In this document: piece by piece, positions 33,835 to 42,691 of the stretch | Position numbering within the stretch: the first letter of the stretch is position 1 | How the letters are laid out: every line of letters begins with the position of its first letter | From: an uncultured Phycisphaerales bacterium | Lineage (GTDB): Bacteria; Planctomycetota; Phycisphaerae; Tepidisphaerales; Tepidisphaeraceae | Reading direction: 5' to 3' | Length of the DNA: 64,000 nt | Assembly (NCBI GenBank): GCA_963755915.1 | Contig: CAVWLP010000002.1 | Location: 3,264,001-3,328,000 of the forward strand | The notes under the pieces: model-generated | Seen by the model: the letters and a program-made list of their open reading frames with translations, nothing else | Database searches by the model: none | What the model was told of the DNA's origin: nothing | Made by a program: the position numbers and the translations under genes

Positions 33835-35487
33835 ATGTCGAATCGGCTCACAATGGCGGAACATCAGACAATCTTGGGACTTGCGCGACTGAACTGGTCG
33901 TATCGCCGGATCGCCGCGGAACTGGGCATCGACCGGGAGACGGTCTCTCGTCACATTAAATCCGCGGTGATCGAACCACCCGGTGCAGGTCCGCCGGATC
34001 CAGATGCCGCCATTCTGATTGCCGGGTCCGAGGTCAGATCGGAGGCAAATGCCACCATTCCGATGACCGGGTCAATGCACGGCGAGGCGGAATCTGTCGG
34101 TTCAAATGCCGCCATTTCGATTACCGGGTTTTCCGGCCGTCACAGCCAGTGCGAGCCATGGCGCACCGTCATCCTTCAGGGTCTTGAGCAAGGCCTGACG
34201 GCCAAGCGTATCTGGCAGGACTTGGCTGCCGATCATGGCTTCGACGGTCCTTACCAACCGGTCCAGCGATTTGTCCAGCGGCTCAACCGTGCCGGAACCA
34301 ACGGATTGCCCTATCGGCGAATGGAATGCGCCCCCGGCGCCGAGGCCCAGGTGGACTTCGGCAAGGGCGCGCCCCTCGTCACACCCGACGGCAAACGAAC
34401 CCGTCCCCACCTGTTCCGCATCGTGCTGAGCTGCTCGCGCAAAGCCTACAGCGAAGTGACGCCCCGGCAGACCACCGAGCAGTTCATCCGCTGCATCGAA
34501 AACGCCTTCATTCACTTCGGCGGTGTTCCCAGAACTCTGGTGATCGACAATCTCAAAGCGGCCGTCACCCATGCCGACTGGTACGATCCCGATCTGAATC
34601 CCAAGATTCAGGAGTTCGCGCGTCACTACGGCACCGTCATTTTGCCGACGCGCCCAAGGACGCCACGGCACAAGGGAAAGATCGAACGCGGCGTCGGATA
34701 CGCCCAGGGGAATGCTCTCAAGGCCCGAACCTTCAAGAGCCTTTCCGAGCAGAACCAATTCCTGGCCGAATGGGAATCGACCATCGCCGACACGCGCATT
34801 CATGGCACCACGCGCAAGCAGGTGGCGAGGATGTTCGCGGAAGTGGAGAAGCCGGCGCTATTGCCTCTTCCGCCGGGACGGTTCCCCTGTTTTCAGGAAG
34901 CCCAGCGGATCGTCAACCGTGATGGCCACGTGGAGGTGGCCAAGGCGTATTACTCGGCGCCGCCGGAGTTCCTCGGCCGGACCATCTGGGCGCGCTGGGA
35001 CGGGCACGTCGTCCGGCTCTTTGATTCTCAGCTTCGGCAGGTTGCCATCCACGTTCAGCACGAGCCGGGACGCTTCGCCACCGATGATCGTCACATCGTT
35101 CCCGAGAAGCGCGGCGGGATCGAACGCGGCGCGGCCTGGTGGATGAACAAGGCCAGCGCCATCGGTCCCCACGCCGGCCAATGGGCTGAAAATGTCCTGA
35201 ATTGCCGGGGGATTCACGCCTTGCGCGTGGTGATGGGGCTGGTCAGTCTCACGCATCGCCATCCCGCCAAAATGATCGAACAGGCCTGTCAGGTGGCTCA
35301 AGGGCACGGCACCCATCGGCTGCGCGACATCCGCAATCTGCTGAAACGATCGGAATCCGCCGCGCAACAGCAACAGTTCGAGTTCGTCGCCGAGCATCCC
35401 CTGATCCGGTCGCTTTCGGATTACTCCCAACTGGTCCATGACGCTTTCGATAACACCCCCGTGGAGGCAAAGCCTCCACTTTTTTGA
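33835..35487 (+). CDS. istA: IS21 transposase IstA
   Basis: HTH (SYRRIAAELGIDRETVSR), AQVDFG, VIDNLKAAV, KGKIERGV. Confidence 0.95.
   Translation: MSNRLTMAEHQTILGLARLNWSYRRIAAELGIDRETVSRHIKSAVIEPPGAGPPDPDAAILIAGSEVRSEANATIPMTGSMHGEAESVGSNAAISITGFSGRHSQCEPWRTVILQGLEQGLTAKRIWQDLAADHGFDGPYQPVQRFVQRLNRAGTNGLPYRRMECAPGAEAQVDFGKGAPLVTPDGKRTRPHLFRIVLSCSRKAYSEVTPRQTTEQFIRCIENAFIHFGGVPRTLVIDNLKAAVTHADWYDPDLNPKIQEFARHYGTVILPTRPRTPRHKGKIERGVGYAQGNALKARTFKSLSEQNQFLAEWESTIADTRIHGTTRKQVARMFAEVEKPALLPLPPGRFPCFQEAQRIVNRDGHVEVAKAYYSAPPEFLGRTIWARWDGHVVRLFDSQLRQVAIHVQHEPGRFATDDRHIVPEKRGGIERGAAWWMNKASAIGPHAGQWAENVLNCRGIHALRVVMGLVSLTHRHPAKMIEQACQVAQGHGTHRLRDIRNLLKRSESAAQQQQFEFVAEHPLIRSLSDYSQLVHDAFDNTPVEAKPPLF
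35461..35485 (+). terminator. Terminator-like hairpin at the istA/istB junction
   Basis: GTGGAGGC-AAA-GCCTCCAC followed by TTTTTT. Confidence 0.55.
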
Positions 35488-35497
35488 AAGGAGATTT

Positions 35498-36409
35498 ATG
35501 AACGAATCGTTACGAACCGCCCTGACCCGCCTTCGGCTTTCGGGCTTGGCCTCCACCTTGGACGTGCGCTTGCAGGAAGCCGCCGGCCATCAGCTTTCCC
35601 ACGGCGAGTTTTTGGAACTGGTGCTTCAGGATGAATTGCTCATTCGCAATGAACGCCTGATCGCCCGGCGCGTCAAGATCGCGGGCTTTCGGGAACTCAA
35701 GACCCTCGACGAGTTCGACTTTTCCTTCAACTCGTCGGTCAAACGCAAGCAGATCTTCGAGCTGGCAACCGGCCGGTTCATCCGCGAGGCGCGGGATGTC
35801 TTGCTGATCGGGCCGCCGGGTCTGGGAAAAAGTCACATCGCCCAGGCACTGGGATACCAAGCCATCAAGAACGGATCGGTCGTGCTTTACCGCTCGATCT
35901 TCGACGTGGTGCGCGACTTCCTGCACGATGAGGCCCTCAACCAGCAGGACAAAATCATGGAGCGGTATCTCCGGCCCGATCTGCTCATCATCGACGATAT
36001 GGGCATGAAGCAATTGCCCAAACGCTCCGGCGAATATCTCTTCGAGATCATCATGCGGCGTTACCAGGTTCGCTCCACCATGATGACCAGCAACCGGCCG
36101 CTCGAAGACTGGGGCAAATTGATCGGCGACGTACCGGCCGCCACGGCAATCCTCGATCGCTTCCTGCACAACGCCGAGGTGATCGCGATCACCGGCAGAA
36201 GCTATCGGTTGCGAGACCGTGCCGCGGAGGCGAAGCCTACCGCTGAAAGCATCGAATCCACCAAACCGCGAGGACGCCGGAGTACCGGCGGCGATGAAGG
36301 GCTTTCCCCTCCGGAAGACACCGATGCCAGAAAGCCATTGTCTTCTGGCGTGGGGGTTCAGCCTGCCGAAGCGGCCTCGCCGGTAGTCAACAACTCGGCG
36401 TCAATTTGA
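35498..36409 (+). CDS. istB: IS21 helper ATPase IstB
   Basis: AAGGAG RBS; GPPGLGKS, LLIIDDMG, AILDRFLH, GRSYR. Confidence 0.95.
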   Translation: MNESLRTALTRLRLSGLASTLDVRLQEAAGHQLSHGEFLELVLQDELLIRNERLIARRVKIAGFRELKTLDEFDFSFNSSVKRKQIFELATGRFIREARDVLLIGPPGLGKSHIAQALGYQAIKNGSVVLYRSIFDVVRDFLHDEALNQQDKIMERYLRPDLLIIDDMGMKQLPKRSGEYLFEIIMRRYQVRSTMMTSNRPLEDWGKLIGDVPAATAILDRFLHNAEVIAITGRSYRLRDRAAEAKPTAESIESTKPRGRRSTGGDEGLSPPEDTDARKPLSSGVGVQPAEAASPVVNNSASI

Positions 36410-36702
36410 AATGGGACGGTCGATTGCGATATATCGGACGTGGTGGCATTTGATCCGATGATCGGTGGTGGCATTTGAAGTGATGACTGACACAAACCGC
36501 GCCTTGTTTCTGATATGATCCGACGGCACACTGCAGGGGCATGAAAGATCACACCATCGGGGAATCGGGTCTTGGCGCCGTTCGCCATCGCGGTGATTTA
36601 TATGCCGGCCCGTTGGCCCGTCTGAAATGCCAGCTCGCGCAAGATGTGTTGTGGATTATTTCGTGACCGATAACGGTCGAAGCCTAATCAAGTGAGGTTT
36701 GC

Positions 36703-36879
36703 GTGCTTCACAAATTCGTCTTGAACGTCCACATCTACGAAGACGACGTGACACGTACCATGCAGGCGGGCTTCAACGATCACCTGACCAAGCCAATCAA
36801 CTTTGTTCGTCTGGAGCAGACCATTCAGCGTGCGTGCAAAAGGCAAGATAGGGTGGACAGCGCTCGCACGCTACATTAG
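36703..36879 (+). pseudogene. Remnant of a response-regulator receiver domain (C-terminal part)
   Basis: Hand translation EDDVTRTMQAGFNDHLTKPINFVRLEQTI; the N-terminal part is absent. Confidence 0.6.
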
Positions 36880-37150
36880 CCGCTGTCGGTGCGCTCCGTT
36901 GGATTTCGCCTGGCACGCGCTATAAGTCGCAAAGAAGCATCGGCATCACGGATCTGCCGATATTAGCAGGAAGTTTTTTTGATTTTAGCATTGATTACTT
37001 ACCTGCAGAAGGCGCAGATCCGGCTCACTGTCACGGGGTGCGCCAAAACCAGCCAGGGCGGGGCGCTTCAAAACCGGCCAATGTGCTGACGTATTCTATA
37101 CCGCATCCGTTCTATCCGACGCAACTGTTCCTTGAGTTATTGGTCCCCGT

Positions 37151-38041
37151 TCACGCCGTCTGGCCGGCGGATACCCCCACATCAGAAGACAACGGCGGCT
37201 CTGTCACGGTGTCTTCCGGGGGGGAGCACCCTTCATCGCCGGCGGTACTCCGCCGTCCTTTTGGATTTGTCTTTTCCGGTGTCCCGGATTGGCCTGCCGT
37301 GAGCGAAGTCGAATGGCCCCCATGCCGAAGGCGGTAGCTCTTGCCGGTGATGTTGATGATCGTGGCGTGCTGCAGGAACCGATCCAGAATGGCCGTGGCC
37401 GCCGGCACGTCGCCGATCAGCTTGGCCCAGTCCTCCAGTGGACGGTTGCTGGTCATCATCGTCGAGCGGTTCTCGTGCCGGCGCATGACGATCTCCAGCA
37501 GGCATTCGCCGCTGCGCCGCGGAAGCTGCTTCATTCCCATGTCGTCGATGATAAGCAGATCAGGCTTGAGATACCGGGCCAGCGTCTTGTCCTGGGCTCC
37601 CAGATCCTCGTCGCCTAAAAAGTCGCGGGCCAGGTCGAAGATGGATCGGTACAGGACCACCAAGCCGCTCTTGATCGCCTGGTGTCCGATGGCCTGGGCC
37701 AAAAACGATTTGCCCACGCCGGGCGGACCCAGCAAGAGCACGTCACGTTTGTCACGAATGAACTGGCCGGCGGCCAGATCGTGAATCTGTTTGCGTTTGA
37801 TGGAGGTGTTGAAGGAGAAGTCGAACTCGTCGAGGTTTTTGGTGTCGCGGAACATCGCCGCCTTGACGCGCCGGCCGATCTGCCGGCTGGATCGGACGTT
37901 CAGTTCATCCTGAAGGATCAGTTCCAAAAACTCACTGTGGTCGAGCCGATTGCCGGCCGCCTCGCTCAGGCGAACTTCAAGGCTGCTCGCCAGACCTGAA
38001 AGCCGAAGTTGCTTGAGCGTCTGCATCAACGAAGGTCTCAT
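37151..38041 (-). CDS. istB: IS21 helper ATPase IstB
   Basis: GPPGVGKS, LLIIDDMG, AILDRFL, GKSYR. Confidence 0.95.
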   Translation of the reverse strand: MRPSLMQTLKQLRLSGLASSLEVRLSEAAGNRLDHSEFLELILQDELNVRSSRQIGRRVKAAMFRDTKNLDEFDFSFNTSIKRKQIHDLAAGQFIRDKRDVLLLGPPGVGKSFLAQAIGHQAIKSGLVVLYRSIFDLARDFLGDEDLGAQDKTLARYLKPDLLIIDDMGMKQLPRRSGECLLEIVMRRHENRSTMMTSNRPLEDWAKLIGDVPAATAILDRFLQHATIINITGKSYRLRHGGHSTSLTAGQSGTPEKTNPKGRRSTAGDEGCSPPEDTVTEPPLSSDVGVSAGQTA

Positions 38042-39745
38042 GGGGTGGACTCCCTTCGGCTCTGCTCAGGGCAGGCCTGTAAAGGTTGTGCGGCAGGCAA
38101 AGCCTCCGCTTGGGTGATTGCGTCGCGTACGAACTGTCCGTAATCGGCCAGTCCGCGGATGATTGGATGTTCCTGAACAAACTCGAAGTGTTGTTGAACC
38201 GGCGCGCCGTTTTGGTGTTCGATGAGCTGCCGCAGGGAGCGCAGGTGATACGCGCCATGCCCCAGAGCAATCTCGCAGGCTCGTTCCACGGCCGGTCGCG
38301 GCTGCTGATTGGCCAGCGACAGCAGCCCCATCAACACGCGCACGCCTTCGATGCCGCGATGCTGAAGCATTGACTGCGCCCACTGCGTGGCGTGCGGCCC
38401 GATGCATTCGATCCGCTGGAGAAGCCAGGTCGTTCCACGCTCGATGCCGCTGATCTTCTCCGGCAGGATATGGGCGTCTTGCGTCGAGAACCTGCCCGGC
38501 GGACGCTGCGCGTGCAGAGCGATCGCACGCATCTTCTGATCGAACAGCCGGACCGTGCGCCGTCCCACCGCGCCCAGACCCGCTGGCCCAAAAACTCCGG
38601 CGGGACCGAATAGTACGCCCCCTTGATCTCCACGTGCCCGTCGCGGTGAACACTGCGCAACGCCTCGGTGAAAAGATCGAATCGCACCGGCGGCAGAGCC
38701 AACAGTGCCGGCTTCTCTACCTGCTCGAAGACTTCCTTCACCTGCCGCCGCGTCGTGCCGTGGATGCGCGTGTCGGCCACGCTCTTCTCCCACGTCAGCA
38801 GATGCGCGTTCTGATCCGAGAGCGAGGCGAATTGCCGGCCTTTGAGAGCATTGCTCTTCACATAGCCGATGCCCCGCTCGATCTTCCCCTTGTGCCGCGG
38901 CGTGTACGGCTTGGTGGGCAGAATGGCGATTCCATAATGTTCGGCGAACGACCGGACCTTGGGACACAACTCCGCCTCGAACCAGTCCGCCCGCGTCACC
39001 GCCGCGCGAAGATTGTCGATCACCAGCGCTGACGGCATCCCGCCGAAGTGCGTAAAGGCATTTTCCAGACAACGCAGAAAATCATCGGTCGTCTGCCGCT
39101 CCACCGCCTCGGCGTACCCCTTGCGGCTGTGGCTCAGCACAATGCGGAAGACCCAGGTTGCTTTGCGTTTGCCGTCAGGACCGACCAGGGCGCACCCCGG
39201 CCGAAGTCCACCTGCGCCTCGGCTCCCGGCTCGCATTCCATCCGGCGAAAGGGCGCCGGCGCGGCAGCCGAGAGCTTCTTGATGAACCGGCGCACGCTGT
39301 AATAGCTGCCGGCATAGCCGTGATCGCTGGAGATGTCTTGATAAATCCGCTGGGCCGTCAGCCCGGCTTCCAACTTCTGAACAATGACCTCACGCCAGGG
39401 CGATGCCGTACTGACCGACCCGATGGGCGCGCCGGATAACCCGGTGGGCGCGCTCTCCGAGCCGCCTGCGGCGAGCACCGTCGAGCCGCCTGCGGCGAGC
39501 ACCGTCGAGCCGCCTGCGGCGAGCACCGTCGAGCCGCCTGCGGCGAGCACCGTCGAGCCGAGGGGCGCGCTGGCCGGTTTTGAATCCGATCCGGGCGCCG
39601 CAGGATCGCCGCCCGACAACCGGATGTGGCGTCCAACGGTCTCCCGGTGAACGCCGAGTTGGCGGGCGATGTTCCGATTGGACCAGCCGCTGCGCACAAG
39701 TGCCAAAATTGCTTGTACTTCCGCCATCTTGAGTTGATTGGCCAT
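38038..39745 (-). CDS. istA: IS21 transposase IstA with two apparent frameshifts (~39190, ~38560)
   Basis: Three ORF pieces (39134-39766, 38331-39236, 38038-39072) together align with the IstA of element A. Confidence 0.88.
39458..39560. repeat. 24-bp perfect tandem repeat, 4 copies plus 7 nt, inside istA
   Basis: Unit CGAGCCGCCTGCGGCGAGCACCGT, encoding STVLAAGG x4 on the minus strand. Confidence 0.95.
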
Positions 39746-39884
39746 CCCACCATTGGCTTGCGGCAACCGCCGAAAGCCAAGGTCGATAACCCAATCTCCT
39801 GTGCCTCAAAATGGCCGGTTTTGGCGCGCCCTCAATTGGCCGGTTTTGCGCCCCATGACAGCTCACCAGACCCCTTAGAGTTTC

Positions 39885-40340
39885 CTACTTGTCTTCAAAA
39901 GGCGGAAAAGCCGGAAGCTCGCCGGCGAGGTGCACGGCGATCAGCTCAAGCAACTGAATCGGATCGACAGGCTTCAACAGGAGCGGCGGAAGCTGGCGCG
40001 AGGGGAGCTGACGGATGTGTTCCTGGATTTCGTCGATGGGCATTCCTGAAAGCAGGATCACGGGCAATCCCGAGCGATTTTTTTGCAGGTACGTCAGCAC
40101 ATGAAAGCCATCCTTGCCGGGCATTTGCAGATCGAGGATCAGGAGGTCGATTGGGCGGTGCTGGAGGAGCTCGACGGCGGACTCGGCATCCGTGGAGACC
40201 TCGACGGTGTAGCCGTTGCCGCGCAAGTAATGGGCGACGGCGAGGCTTTCAATGGGGGAATCGTCGCAGACAAGCAGGCGCCAGGTGCGACCGATTGGCG
40301 GCTCAGGCGGAGGCGCACTTGTGTCGTCCCCTAAATTCAC
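39885..40340 (-). CDS. Single-domain response regulator (receiver)
   Basis: LVCDDS, DLLILDLQMPGKDG, LLSG, LKP. Confidence 0.9.
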   Translation of the reverse strand: MNLGDDTSAPPPEPPIGRTWRLLVCDDSPIESLAVAHYLRGNGYTVEVSTDAESAVELLQHRPIDLLILDLQMPGKDGFHVLTYLQKNRSGLPVILLSGMPIDEIQEHIRQLPSRQLPPLLLKPVDPIQLLELIAVHLAGELPAFPPFEDK

Positions 40341-40542
40341 AATAACCTAGGTTATCTCGCCATAGCGAAGCACCGCAATCGCAAAAATGTGCGTGGGGCC
40401 ACCGCTGCGTTCGCTGGATTCAGATATGATTCGAAATTGGGAAGCCAGTTGATCGCATTTGCCGCAGAGAAAGCACCGCGAAATATATGTTCGCAGAGTT
40501 CATTCCCGTCGTGGTACCCTCCCGACGAAAGCGAGCACGATT

Positions 40543-41358
40543 ATGTACATAAAAGTGGGCTATGAGCTGATCTATGACTGCCCCCAGCCGACGCCAATGC
40601 TGCTAATGCTCAACATCCATTACAGCCATGCCCAAGAAATCGTCACGCCGGATTATCTGGTCTTCAATCCCATCGTGGAGACTACAGCCTACCGAGACGG
40701 GTACGGCAACTGGTGCCACAGGCTCGAATTGCCTCGCGGCCGCACAACCATCAGCACTTTAGCAACGGTGCGCTCGACCGGGATCCCTGATCCGGTCGTG
40801 CCGGCAGCCCAGCAGCATCCGATTTCAGAGTTGCCCGAAGAGGCGCTCGTTTATCTTCTGGCGAGCCGGTATTGCGAGACAGATCTTTTGACGGCAACCG
40901 CATGGAATCAGTTTGGGAATACGCCGCTTGGTTGGCCTCGGCTGCAAGCGATCTGCGATTTTGTACACAACCATATCCGATTCGACTACTCGCAGGCCCG
41001 GGCAACCCGGACAGCGACGGAGGCGTTCAACGAACGGGTCGGCGTGTGCCGGGACTTTGCCCATCTAGCGATCGCGCTTTGCCGGTGCATGAACATTCCG
41101 GCTCGCTATTGCACGGGGTATCTCGGTGACATTGGCATGCCGCCGCCTTATGGTCCTATGGATTTTGCGGCCTGGTTTGAGGCGTTCCTCGGCGGCCAGT
41201 GGTATATCTTCGATCCGCGTAACAACATGCCGCGGATCGGTCGAATACTGATCGCTCGCGGACGGGATGCGGTGGATGTGGCGATTAGCACCACGTTTGG
41301 CCCCACCACACTCGTGGGGTTCACGGTGATATGCGACGAAGTGGAAAAACCGAATTGA
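40543..41358 (+). CDS. Transglutaminase-like family protein
   Basis: SRYCETD, GVCRDFAHL, IPARYCTGYL, AWFEAF, FDP, GRDAVDV. Confidence 0.9.
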   Translation: MYIKVGYELIYDCPQPTPMLLMLNIHYSHAQEIVTPDYLVFNPIVETTAYRDGYGNWCHRLELPRGRTTISTLATVRSTGIPDPVVPAAQQHPISELPEEALVYLLASRYCETDLLTATAWNQFGNTPLGWPRLQAICDFVHNHIRFDYSQARATRTATEAFNERVGVCRDFAHLAIALCRCMNIPARYCTGYLGDIGMPPPYGPMDFAAWFEAFLGGQWYIFDPRNNMPRIGRILIARGRDAVDVAISTTFGPTTLVGFTVICDEVEKPN

Positions 41359-41608
41359 TCGGGCGACGAGGAAACGCCATCCGAACAAGCAGGCACATGA
41401 CCCACGATGCTCTCGATTTTGAAAGCGGGCTTTCCGACCCGGATAAGCAGAATTGTCAGGCGGAATTTCTCTTCTGAGAACGATCTTCGCAAACGAACGC
41501 CAAAGACATTGGGGGATGGGACAAACAAAAAGCCGGCCGAGCCGGCACCTTACGGTTGGAACGATTTCATTGCGCCGGCAGGGTTACCGTGGCAAGCTAT
41601 ACGTGAAG

Positions 41609-41649
41609 CCAGACCCCTTATTAAGCTGTTCGGGGTCTGGTTTCGTTTT
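41609..41649 (+). terminator. Possible intrinsic terminator
   Basis: CCAGACCCC...GGGGTCTGG 9-bp stem with a 14-nt loop, followed by TTTCGTTTT. Confidence 0.4.
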
Positions 41650-41708
41650 GGCTAGGAGGTTGAGAATTAAAAAAAAGCCCGCAGAGATGCGAGCTTGACG
41701 GGCAGGAA

Positions 41709-41975
41709 TTAGGCCTTAATGACGCCGATGGCGATCCGGCCGCCATCCATCGGCGAAAGAATGAGACGGGTGTTACCTGGACCACCTTCGTGAGACGAGG
41801 ATCTGACGAGCACCATGTTCGGGACTTGGTGGCCCAGATCGATATGAATGCGGCCTAATTCCGTCACGATGTCGATCGCATCGAGATCGTTCGGTAATTC
41901 GACCCCCATCCGTCCCTGGCACCTTCGATACGTAAAGGTTTCGGCATATGTTCCTTTCGATGAGTCTGGGGTCAT
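41709..41975 (-). CDS. Small hypothetical protein
   Basis: 88-aa ORF with protein-like composition, followed by an imperfect hairpin and T-run on the minus strand. Confidence 0.45.
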   Translation of the reverse strand: MTPDSSKGTYAETFTYRRCQGRMGVELPNDLDAIDIVTELGRIHIDLGHQVPNMVLVRSSSHEGGPGNTRLILSPMDGGRIAIGVIKA

Positions 41976-42430
41976 GATACTGCGCTCGGGACTTGAGCGC
42001 TACCATTGACTGTTTCTCGGCGGCTGCACAAAATGCGTGGCAATTCGAGAAACTGTCATGCCACATTGGATAGAAAGACATCCAATTCCTGGTGGAACCG
42101 TCGCTGACGCCGATTTCGTGATTCAGGCACCCCCAGGGGCTCCGGTCGTCGCCGTGGCTGTTGAGAACGGCGTCCCAACGTTGCACATTTGGGTTTCCCA
42201 ATAGGATGCTCGGATGCGCCGGACTTTCTTTTTCGTGCATCCGGCGGACCAACTCCCCGCAGTACTGCCAATTGGTTACGTGGGCTGGTATCAAATGAAT
42301 GGAGTGATGGCCCACGTATTCGAAAAACAGCCGGTGGCATCATCTCCATACTTCCATCGAATGTTCTAGTTCTTCGTTTTGTGCGTTTTGACGCAAACGG
42401 TGCAAGTATTCCTCCTTAACCCATTTGGTG

Positions 42431-42657
42431 GGGGCGGAGCCCCTGTCGGTTGGTTCCTCTCCCCTCCCAGAGATCGTGTCGAGAAACCCGTTGCGGTGCT
42501 GTGAAGCACCAACCGAGTCCCCCGTGAGGGGGACGAGGAGCCGGACTTTTTCTCCGAGCGTGAGCGAGAGGAACCGGCGAACGTGAGTGAGGCGGTTCCG
42601 ACAGAGAAAAAGGACGGCTGTCGGGGGGTGCGAGACACCGGCAAACAGCCGGAACCC
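42431..42657 (+). ncRNA. Unidentified highly structured non-coding element (RNA or ssDNA)
   Basis: Hairpins GGTGCT-GTGA-AGCACC, GTCCCCC-GTGA-GGGGGAC, GGGGC-GGA-GCCCC; long stem AGCCG-GA-CTTTTTCTC / GAGAAAAAG-GA-CGGCT; stem GGAACCG/CGGTTCC. Confidence 0.55.
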
Positions 42658-42691
42658 TTTGTAATACAAGGCTCAAACGAAAACAGGGGGT

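Larger units (their letters stand above)
33722..36492 (+). mobile_element. IS21-family insertion sequence A, complete, 5-bp target duplication CAAAC
   Basis: Ends TGTCAG...CTGACA with tandem subterminal repeats of CATCACTTCAAATGCC(G/A)CCA type; CAAAC at 33717-33721 and 36493-36497; carries istA and istB. Confidence 0.95.
37029..39860 (-). mobile_element. IS21-family insertion sequence B, 6-bp target duplication GCTCAC
   Basis: Ends TGTCAC/TGTCAT with tandem CAAAACC(A/G)GCCA repeats; GCTCAC at 37023-37028 and 39861-39866. Confidence 0.95.

Noticed and set aside
39458-39560. Possible CRISPR array
   Set aside because: Contiguous identical units without spacers, in frame within istA, and no cas genes in the window.
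41773-42349. 180-aa and 97-aa minus-strand ORFs
   Set aside because: No recognisable motif, they overlap other frames, and I could not decide which frame, if any, is real.
42537-42600. GAGCCGGA as the start of a group II intron domain V
   Set aside because: The downstream sequence does not form the domain V hairpin, and there is no reverse transcriptase nearby.
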